Positions 10,625 to 20,419 of a stretch of 64,000 nucleotides of DNA are shown piece by piece. Within the stretch, counting starts at the first letter, position 1. Every line of letters starts with the position of its first letter. Position numbers and translations under genes: made by a program. Under the pieces are notes generated by a model. It made no database searches. It worked only from the letters and a program-made list of their open reading frames with translations, and was not told where the DNA came from. Source of the stretch: Psammoneis japonica (Eukaryota). The stretch spans positions 1,013,607-1,077,606 of the forward strand of contig QPGO01000005.1 of assembly GCA_008632985.1 (NCBI GenBank), given 5' to 3'.

Positions 10625-13377
10625 TTATGTGGTGTTGCTGCCCTGCTGTTCAATGAGACTTTTGATGTGATTTGCATTCTGTCTCTTCACCGCAATTGAT
10701 GGTGGTGTCCAATCAGTCTTGCGTTTGTTTGAAAACAGCTGAGTGTCTTCCCTGCCAAGCCCATGCAACAGCGCATCATGACAGTCAAGGAAACAGGTCT
10801 TCTTGCTGCTTGCACCTCGGTTGGCAGGGAAGTGCAATGGTTTCCCACACAGGTCGCAACTTGAGCACGAGTCCACCCCGCACCAAACACAGACCCTTGG
10901 ATGCTTGTGGCTGGTGGACACCGCATCAAAGTGACAACGCAAGTGCGGCGCACTGTGACACAGACGAGATTCATTTCCACCCTGCTGAGTGTGTTGGCAT
11001 TGTTCCAATGTCACAAAATTGCAAGTCATCATTGTTTGTTCTGAAGCCGCTCTTCGTTGATGGTTTTGTTGTGTTGCAACCCACATTGCAGAGTCACCAT
11101 GGCACAAACGTGCTTCAGGGTGACACTGCAGCATCTGTTTGAGAGTTGTTCTCAGAACTCCCAGCGACTCATTGGACTGTCGTCTTTCCAAGACAAGTCT
11201 AACCCACCCTCCGCCACTTCCAAATGCATGTCATGCGCAATGACGATGGCCATGGCCTTGCCGTGGTTCATGGCAGAATGCCAGCACTTCCAAGAGCAAT
11301 GGAACATCTTTGCATTTTTGATGCAATGATCCATTGAATCAATTCGTGAGCAAGTTGAAAGATGCAGATCATGGGCTTCATTCATCTTGATTGCCCAATG
11401 TTGCTTGCTCTCGTTTCTGCCTCTTTCCCGATGCCTCGCACATTTGTTACACTGGTTGAGGGCATTCACAGCAGCAATGTTGCACGACGAGGTTGATTGA
11501 AATGAGCAAAGCACACGTTGGCATCCCTCAGTGCTGCGTGTGGGTGCCACAGTCTTGACAGCAACAATCGGATGATTGAACCTTGCTGCTTTTGATCTTG
11601 CATCGGATGGTGTTTGTTTTTTCTGAAAGCACTTCCCTGGCACACCAGAAGGCAGCCGATCCCTTCGACGTGCAAATGCAGCCAAATGGCCATTTTCTCC
11701 AATCCAGTCTGAACTGCAGTCAGCATCAAAGCAGTTGTCACATGTCATGTGTGGCTTTCCTTGGAGTGTCTTCTTGGGTCTGGCATCATCACCCATTCTG
11801 CCAAAATCCACCATTTCGCCTGCTTGTTCCAAGATCACACGGATTTCCGTCGGGCCCATGGCACCCCATCCATCTGTCCTTGGGTGCAATTTGTGTCGGT
11901 GAACACAAGCCCGAGGTCGGATCCGGTGCACATCCGACAAGATCACTGTCTGACCACCCTTGGTGACGCCAGGCTTTCCAACTGTGCGACCGTCAATCCC
12001 GCTGCCAGCTTCACCATAACCAGCATGGCCCCAGGTGGTTTCGTCACCACAATGATCCAATTCTGCATGGTGTGTTGTCGCGTTGACATTGTGAACCATT
12101 GTCGCGTGTGTCATGTCATGCTTGTGGGCCGGGTTGCACCCAGCTTCTCCTCTTCTGGGGGATGTCATGTTGTTGCATGGCTTCAGCACTTGCTTCATTT
12201 GAAGCCAACGTGAATGACCAATTGACAAGGATGTGTCTGAGTCGCAGTCGGATCCATCAGCCATCCACCTGCGGTGAATGGCTCCGTCACTGCCACCCTT
12301 GACGCCATCTCGGACAATTGCTCCATCAAATCTGACAAGCTCATGGATGCTCACAAGTTTGAACTGGTGTCCATGCAAAGAGCACAGCTTCAACTCTCCT
12401 GCGGCGCACAAGTTTGAATGTGTTTCCACTTCGCTGCAGAATGACTTTCTGGGGTCTGAGTTGACACCCAACCGTGTGGTGCCACACATTGGCAGAATCA
12501 ATTGACAGAAAAACAAAGCATCCCAATTTTTCATCCACTCAGCTTTCATTCCCAATGATCGCAACACATCTGCGTCCAATGATCCTTTCCCAATGGCCGG
12601 AAATGGGTTGTCTTTTGATGCGCCCGATCCATTTGGCAGCGACAACATCAGATCTTTGTCATCATCAGCAACATCATCATTGGACATGGACCGATCCCAT
12701 CCCTGACAAAAGAACGCCGTCCATGGGAAATTCGTTTCCCTTCCAAATTCTCAGGTGCCGGTGCGGCGCCAGTTGGCAAGCTGTGATGAATGCACTCCTT
12801 CTCCCCTCTTGCCTCAAACTTGGGGCGGAATGTGTGTCTGCTCCACCCTCCGGGATTGTCCATGTCAGCAAACGGTGGCTCCCCCTTGTTTGCTTTTATT
12901 TCAGGCAGCTGCCACCCTTCAGGAGTGCCTGGAATGTTCAACTGTGCCGACGGGTCACGCTCACCATGGTGCAGCAGCAAGGCAGTGTGGTCGTTGTCAG
13001 CCACAGTCTGCTCGTCACTGTCTTGGTCCACAACATGCGAGATCTCAACCGTTCCAAATGGGCTTCAGCACGAGCTCCATCAATGTCATTGACATTCTCA
13101 TGCTCTTTGTCACTGTCACCACCATCTCCCGTCTCTGTCTCATCCTCAAGGACGTGCTCGGGGCTCACCAGTTGGTCCTCCATGGTTGCGGGACCAAAGT
13201 CTGTGGCCATCATGCACAGTGGCAGCCCTGGTTGTTGTGCTGCCATTCCACCAAACGCTTCATTGGCACTTTCAGAGGCGGCCATCTTCGTCACGACGTT
13301 GATGCTCCGATTCACTGAGCATGTTGCTTTGACGACAATGGCGGTGGCTGCGGTTGTTGGTTTTTTTTTGTAGTCAT
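10625..13377 (-). pseudogene. piggyBac-family DDD transposase, frameshifted and Tyr-eroded
   Basis: CGDETTW (1st D), TCDNCF (DN[YW]F), IDSMDH (3rd D region), SWKCWH, and C-terminal Cys-rich CVWC..CDLC...CFLDCH. Confidence 0.75.
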
Positions 13378-13584
13378 CGGCTTTTCAACATAGACAGGTA
13401 ACATTTCTGCAGTGCGGTGATGCGTCACTGCAAAAAACCCGGGATTCAGTCCCCGAACACCTGGGTTTCAAGCCCACTCTAACAACGACAACAAAATGCC
13501 AATGTAACTCCAACCACCAGACATGTGTTTGAAGGGCAAACAGTCATTGACATCCTGACTAAAACCTCTGAGTAATTGTCAATG

Positions 13585-14026
13585 GATTCGACAGTGTGCG
13601 ATGCCGATCTCACCCAGGACTAGCCCAAGGACTGCCTTGCCAAGAACCACTAAGAAGCAACTCGATGTTAGAGCACTTAGAAGTCTCACAGAGCAGAGTT
13701 TTTGGCAACACTCTGCTCCGCACTAGGGGGGTTGGGTAAACCCATGCCCTCCGCAGGGTCTCGAGTAAAACTCGAGGGCTCGATGATTGTTTCATCAGAC
13801 CACACTCCGGGCGCTTCCGAGCGAACGTAGTGGGGGGTGCCTTCGGCATATGCGACGTCGGTGCCCCGAACTAGCAGGATCTCAAACTTGGAATGGAAGA
13901 GAACGCCAGACGCCATTTGTTCGATTGCGCAGTTGGGCGTCGTCGAGAACATGGAACCGAAAGGAGCCGATCTAGACTTCAGCGATAGACTCCCACGGTC
14001 TTGTCGATGAAGGTGAGCACAAATCC
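13585..14026 (-). repeat. Split direct repeat B2 (3' terminus)
   Basis: Aligns end to end with 14282-14723. Confidence 0.95.
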
Positions 14027-14044
14027 AGGGAGTGGTGGGTGGGC

Positions 14045-14280
14045 AGCAAAAAACAGCTTTTCCAATGCTTTGGCATGGTCCAGTCACGTTGATCAGAGTT
14101 CCTGTCTCAACAAAGATGGAAAAGTGGGGAAATGGGATGCCGATGAGTTTGACCGGTCACAGAAACCGGTCATCTTGGCCCAGAGGTACCCTCCTCTGGA
14201 AGAGGCACATGTCGATGGACTGGCCAGATGAGAGGTCTTGCCTCGCACGGTTCGTCTCCATCTAAACTTGGGTGCGAAGA
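14045..14280 (-). repeat. Split direct repeat A2
   Basis: Aligns with 22907-23142, 5 differing sites. Confidence 0.95.
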
Positions 14281-14281
14281 T

Positions 14282-14723
14282 GATTTGACAGTGTGCGATG
14301 CCGATCTCACCCAGGACTAGCCCAAGGACTGCCTTGCAAGAACCACTGAGAAGTGACTCGACATTAGAGTGCTTAGAAGTCTCATAGAGTAGAGTTTTCA
14401 GCAACACTCTACTCCATGCTAGGGGGGTTGGGCAAACCCATGCCCTCCGCAGGGTCTCGAGCAAAACTCGAGGGCTCAATGATTGGTTCATCGGACCACA
14501 CTCCGGGCGCTTCCGAGCGAACGTAGTGGGGGGTGCCTTCGGCATTACGCGACGTCGGTGCCCCGAACTGGCAGGATCTCAAACTCGGAATGGAAGAGAA
14601 CGCCAGACGCCATTTGTTCGATTGCGCAGTTGGGCGTCGTCGAGAACATGGAACCGAAAGGAACCGATCTAGACTTTGGCGATAGACTCCCGCGGTCTTG
14701 TCGATGAAGGTGAGCACAAATCC
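14282..14723 (-). repeat. Split direct repeat B1
   Basis: Aligns with 13585-14026. Confidence 0.95.
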
Positions 14724-14806
14724 CCCCCGATGAGAACTCCCAGGTGGTGGCCACCACAGAGATTAGCTTGTGACAAACGCACCCTGAAGGCGCATCCGAG
14801 CTGGTT

Positions 14807-16310
14807 TCACATTTCATGAGTGCACCTTAAGAAGCAAGGGAGGAGGAGAGAGATGTCAGCGCAGTGTTGCCTCATCTTGTGAGTCGGCCTCATCCCTCCA
14901 GCTCGATCCTTCTTTTTCCACCGATTCACCATGTCAATGTCGTCCTCCGACACATTTCGAGCGATGGCTCTCAAATCCGACCCGCGTCGGAAGGACCTGC
15001 TCACATCGCACTTGTCCTCAATGTCCGAATGGGAGGTGATGTCTGCCCCAAAGAGGGAAGGGTGGTCGTCAAAAAGCTCCAACAGGGCGAGGTGAAGAAG
15101 CACATTTAGGTCATGAGTGGACAAGACCTTCCCAGTGTCATCCAATGTGGCTGGGCCTCGAGCTTGTCCTCTTGATGCCTGAAAGGTCACAACTGCCTGG
15201 ACCCACTGCCGGAGGCGAGCACCTGATCCCGTGACATTTGCACTGGAAGCAGGTGTTGGCGCTCCCCATGTTCTCCCTTGACTCGACCGAGAAGCGGAAT
15301 CACCACGCAGGATTGATGGAGAGGCAGGTGTTCTCACATGGCGCCCAAATCCACAAGTGAGCCTTCGGGGCCTCGGAGGGACAACGTGAAACTAGCCGCG
15401 AAGTGGAGGCCACCAGTCAAGCACCTGAGGCGATCCTCAGCTGCGGTGGCCCGGTTGAACTTCTCTTCGATCCGGGGCAAAAGATGTTGCATGATATGCG
15501 CCGAGATGGCCCTGTCTGGTCTCCAATCTTGGCCCACGCGCCTTTTGCAACCTGTCACAAACCTTTGGAACCAGAGGGAAGCGCAAGGGTCCTCGCAAAT
15601 GCGGAGATGTTGTTCACCCTCAAGGTCCGCAAGCGCCAAGGCTCGCCTGTTTGCAGAAGCCGAGGACCTCACCTGATTTGAGTGCGCAGTCCGCAGCTTC
15701 CCAACAGTGTCGAATTGAGTGTAGAAGTCAGAGCACTGACCCGGGGACGTCGAAGCCAAGACCATCTGCATCGCAACCTCACACCCACAGTGATCAAAGG
15801 GTGGCAGAGGTCCTGGCTCCAAGTGAGGACCTCGGAGCCCCAAACGCTCTGAGAGAGCTAAACCCCAGGCGACCTTGGACGCATTGTTCTCTGCCGTGGA
15901 GGTCTCCCTGCTCCAGAAAGCGTCCAGGTTAACCCGCCTGATGCAAGCCAAAGCCACCTGGTCACATGGTGAGGTAGAGAAGGGGTCTCTCCGGCACAAC
16001 TTGTGGAAGATGCACCCGTCGCACTCAAACACCACCATCAAATGGTCCCCGGTTCGCGCCCGTGTAAACTTGTCCTTGTCCTGCGGTTTCCGGAACCAGG
16101 TGTTGTCCTCGATCCGAGCGGCGTCCTCACCGGGAAGTTCCTCGCCGTTGTTTTGTTGGTCGGGCTGGAGGATCCCCCCCAGGTGGAACGTCACGTTTTT
16201 GCTTGAAGTGTGGCACCCGGGACACCACGCTTTTCGACACGCGGGCCAGCCCCCGACACTGTGAACAAAATTGACGCAGAAGATGCCCCTCGTCCACTTC
16301 AGCATCCTCC
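14807..16310 (-). pseudogene. Tyrosine recombinase of the YR retrotransposon (frameshifted)
   Basis: LSLRGPEG (catalytic R), SRSFRRGS (HxxR position), RW, MRQHC at the expected catalytic Tyr position; N-terminal CPGC and FECDGC. Confidence 0.8.
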
Positions 16311-19300
16311 ACACTCTGCGCAGCGCCCGGTCCATTGAGCACATTTTTGGGGTGCCTCGGAGCTGCCACGGACTGTGTGGGATGAAAGGAAAAGCAAGGC
16401 CTGTGAGCAGAGGTTCGAACATCTCACCGGGCCAGAAAGGCCCGGCCCCAGCCAGAACTCGAAACACCAAGTCGGCTGCCTTGTGCAATTGTTTTTGCCA
16501 CTCAGGGGTCATCAGGCGGGGACACACAAAGATGTGGAAAGAAGTCTGTCGCTTGAGTCGGGCAATCCGCAGTTCTTCGAGTGCATTCCTTGCTGCTGCC
16601 GGGGGCGGAGCCCAGACCCAGGTGCCAGAGCGAAAGGCAGGCACTTGAACTGCTTCGTAGGGTGGGCAGCACCACCCAGATGTGTCATGCCCTTTCTGAC
16701 ACCAATCAAGCGGGGAGAGTAGATTGGCTGTGGGAGATCCAGCCCAAGACTGAATCCACCCCAGGAGTGGAGGTGCTCGCTCAGTTGCCGGCAGGTGCAA
16801 GGGGACAAACGAGAGCATCTTGGCTCCATTCATCACCCCTTCCGAAAGGACCCCTCGAGAGACTCCGTCCGTGCCCTGGGCTGTCATGCGACTCCCCGAA
16901 ACATGAATCAAGTGGAACACAAACCCACACTTAGCCTCCAGGACTCTGAGCCGCACTGCTTGTTCCAGGAGTTTCGGGTTGGAAGAAGTTCCCTTGTAGA
17001 CGGCGATTTCCGAAACCGAATTGTCGGTGAAGAAATGCAACACAGCACGGTCGAGTTCCCCCACCTCGGCCAGTTCCTGGATGGAGTCCACTGTGTTGGT
17101 TAGTTCCTTCCAGTTTGACGAGTTCGACTGGTCGTCATCGCCCCAGACACCAATCCTGAAGACTGTCGCCCCGTCCTTCGTTTCTACTGAGGATCCAAGT
17201 CCCTCACCCGATGCGTTGGCAAACCCATGCAAGACCACCACGACCTTAGAGGACCTGATTACCCTGGTGGTTGGTTTTTCAGGTTCCAAGATCCACTGCA
17301 GAGCTTTCAGATCCGACAACAGACGCGGCACCACGCGAACGGACTCGGGGTGCCCCGCATCCTGGAGGGCCTCCCTGACTTTGTACGGTTCCATGCCGAG
17401 CTTGTCCGCTTCGTGCTGAATCCACACTGCATGTTCCTTGTCTGACATGGCCCATCCATTGGGCTTGCGGTTAGGTCGCCACCCATCCAGGGTCAAGTGG
17501 ATTCCTTTAAGGAATGGGGCAATGAAAGGGCAGGTCATGGCCGCGTGGACCAAATGTCCTCGTTTCCTCTCCAAATCCTTGAAATTGAACAGTGGGAGGG
17601 AGGAGGCGGCCAATGCGTCGCAGGGGCTCAATGGGTCTGTGATCATCGTCTTGCTCTTGTCCCACTTCGCTTGCGACAGGGATTGGGCAACGTCCCCATC
17701 CATTGCTCGAAAGATCGCTCCGGCCCAGGCCCCGGTTTCGTGCTGGGATGGCGGGCGCACCTTCCGGGCCGCGTTTTGGAGACCAAGACACTGGAGTCTC
17801 GAAGCCATTTGATGACCCACTTGCCAAGCCTCTTCTTCGCTCGATCCCATGCCCCGCAGATCATCGACGAAGGTCTTTATGTCGCCTGCGATGACCGCTT
17901 GACGGGAGTTCCACTTGACCACCAGGGGCTTCTTCACATCGTAATCGGGATCGCCCGGCAGATTGAATGGGATCTTGTCAAAGCCCATTGGGTTCCCCGG
18001 CCGTCCCGGGTCCCCCCGGGCCACCTCATCAGCCCAATGACAAGCGCGCACGGCCAGGTGAGGACTGGGTTTCATGCCCATGAATGAGCGGTTCCACCTC
18101 TCCAACCCCACAGGAGCCTGACCCGCCAAAGGTTTCGGCAAGTGGTCGCGAAGCGGGGTCAGGTCGATCCCGGCGTAAGGCCGAATGCGGGGGTCCACAA
18201 AGAAGTTGAGAAACACATCCCCCAGGTCCAAGTCAACAGAGAAGGTGGTTGGTGTCATGCAGCCGAGGACTGAGGATGCAGTCGGGAGGAAAAATGAAGG
18301 TGCCCACAGCGCGTCGTTTAGCCCCGACGAGGTGCCGTTGTAAACCATGCGAACATCTTCCACGACCTCTTCTATTCTTCCATCGCTTCTCAGCAGCAGA
18401 GACACCGCCTTGGGGACCCAAAAAAAAAAAACAGTTGGTGAGGCTGGACACTGGGCCCGCCTCAATGTAACCGTGATCCCGGACCTTCTGAAGTTTTGTT
18501 GCCATCCGCTGGATCTCATTGGACGTGCCGCGGATGCGTTGCCGCCGGCGATTCCGAGGGAGGGTGGTCTGGACGAAGATCGGAATGCCGTCACGGGCCC
18601 CCTCCCGCTGCTCGGGAGAGGGCCAGCCAGAAGAAAAGCGAGGACCCCCGGTCCCAACTCCACCAAGAACTCCCCAGAGCTTGAATCAAGACGTCAGCCC
18701 CCAAGTTGGCGTCCAACAAAAGGGAGGGGAGAGGTGGGTCCCAGTGCAAACCCCCCTGTAGACTCCCAACAGAGTCCCCAAACCGTCGACAAAGGTGTGC
18801 CAGGCGGGTCATCCACCCTGGGCCGTGACACCGATGCAGGAAACCCAATGGCGACCGGGTCAAGCGTCGCCGCCACCACCGGTGGGCCAGCCCGCGAAGG
18901 GCCGGAAGCACGGTTCAAACACAGGAAACAAGAGTGTGATGCGCTTGTCCCAAAGGCGATGAGGGGGGGCGACCGAATCCCCTTTTGCTGCCTTGGCGGC
19001 AATCAGGGACAAATCGATCCAGTCGTGCGACAAGTGCCGACCCAGGCGCGGCAACCATGCAGCCCGAGGACCAGATGCCGGAAGCTCAGGAGGCCGCGCA
19101 GGTGGGGCTGGCTGGACCTCCGGCGGCAACTCTGGGCTGGAGTGTTGTAAAATGAAACTGTCCGTCACCGCATGGAGGAGGTTTGACGGAACCATCTGAG
19201 TGAGGCCTTCACCCCCCAATCGGTCCCGAACAGCTTGAGACCGAAACCGAGTGGGAAAATCCCACCCTGCAAGGAGTTCATCTCCAGTGAAAGCACGAAG

Positions 19301-19523
19301 AGTCCACCCCGTGGGTGACCGGTGGGACTGGCAAAGAACCTTCGCCCCAAATGGTGGGGGTGCAGCAAATCGCACTCACGGCACACCGTTTCTCCCGGCT
19401 CTGATGGGCCAACCTGCCCCTCGCATTTGCAATCGATGATGTGGCCGATGGTCCGCCGCAACCCGTGATCGAGTTGTGGCAACGCGCCCCCGATGCAGCA
19501 GAACGTTGTTCGGAAAAGTCACG

Positions 19524-19970
19524 TGAAGTGTGCATGCAGACAAAAGGTCATTTTTGTCATGCCCTTTGTGACATTTAAAGGCTGTAACACGTCGCCGTGA
19601 TACATTGGCTCTTGTTGGCAGCTGCACATTGCACTCCTCCCCATGTGTCACGCGTCCACACGGCTCTTTACTAACGTGTGCTGACACTGCACGGTTTTGG
19701 CAGAACAGTGTGGGCACGTGCGAAGGAACACACAGAACTGCACAGAGTTTTACGCGTTCGACAGTGATCAACGTTGCTGCAGACAACTCCCACTCAGGGT
19801 TTCGAACCCCTGGCCTCCTGCCCAGTGGTTGCGATGTGCCACTCCGCTGTGAATTCACAACGAAGTGTGCATGCAGACAAAAGGTTGTTTTTGTCACGCC
19901 CTTTGTGACATTTAAAGGCTGTAACACGTCGCCGTGATGCATTGACTCTTGTTGGCAGCTGTGTGTTGCA
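19524..19970 (-). mobile_element. 447-bp non-autonomous mini-LTR element (TRIM-like)
   Basis: 110-bp direct repeats 19524-19633 and 19861-19970; TG...CA ends; 4-bp TSD CACG (19520-19523, 19971-19974); polypurine tract GGGGAGGAG (minus strand, 19634-19642) next to the 3' LTR. Confidence 0.85.
19790..19855 (-). promoter_or_regulatory. tRNA-like Pol III A-box/B-box cassette inside the TRIM
   Basis: Minus strand CAGCGGAGTGG (19849-19839; TAGCNNAGTGG if TA is restored), then GGTTCGAAACC (19808-19798) ~30 bp later within a CAGGG/CCCTG hairpin. Confidence 0.55.
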
Positions 19971-20419
19971 CACGCCTCCAACCGCCGAATGAGCAATGGC
20001 CGAATGAGGGAGATGCTGGAGCCCCTTCAACGCTCGTCTCGACGTCCCCCCGACCGGGACCATGCACATCGGGCACGTGGTCCCCACTCGCGAAACTCTT
20101 TCCAAAACACTGGGAGGGCCCGAAACCAGTGCCAAATCTGCGCTCTCCAATGCATGAGGCACCCCAGAGAAAGGGATCCGCTGAAGAGAAGCTCCGTCTT
20201 GCGACTCAAAAAGCGCAATGAGGACCGACTCCAAGGGAGACGGGTCAGAATCAATCGAGCAAAGGACAACTCAGGCCACTCAGCACAGCGGAGGGCCAAG
20301 AGCCAAATGGGGGGACCCCCAGAGATGACCAAGCATGTCCCGCGAAAAGCAAAGGATTTGCGGCCGTGAATGACGTGCCCCACATTTTCATTCACCTGTG
20401 GTGCGCCCCCCCCCTGGCC

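Larger units (their letters stand above)
16310..20395 (-). pseudogene. pol region: N-terminal extension, reverse transcriptase, RNase H and methylase-like tail; frameshifted and interrupted at 19524-19970
   Basis: RMVYNGT, DLDLGDVFLNF, FMGMKPSP, FVDDLR (RT); GFANASG.G.G, SNWKEL, FTDN, HVSG.RM.AQGTDGVSRG (DIRS-type RNase H). Confidence 0.88.

Noticed and set aside
8540..13580. Explaining the TG/CA excess by CpG methylation decay or fungal RIP alone
   Set aside because: CpG decay does not remove TA or turn Tyr into His/Cys, and RIP increases TA. CpG decay probably contributes but is insufficient.
13780..13800. Hammerhead ribozyme core (CTGATGA on the minus strand of repeat B2)
   Set aside because: No properly placed GAAA and stems, and the B1 copy reads CCGATGA.
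15334..18666. Apparent 1110-aa RT-RNaseH-YR fusion protein
   Set aside because: Its N-terminus is off-frame sequence, and the pol/YR join near 16310 is probably a frameshift in a decayed copy.
19790..19860. Functional tRNA gene
   Set aside because: A/B boxes are present but I cannot fold a convincing cloverleaf, and it lies within a nested insertion.
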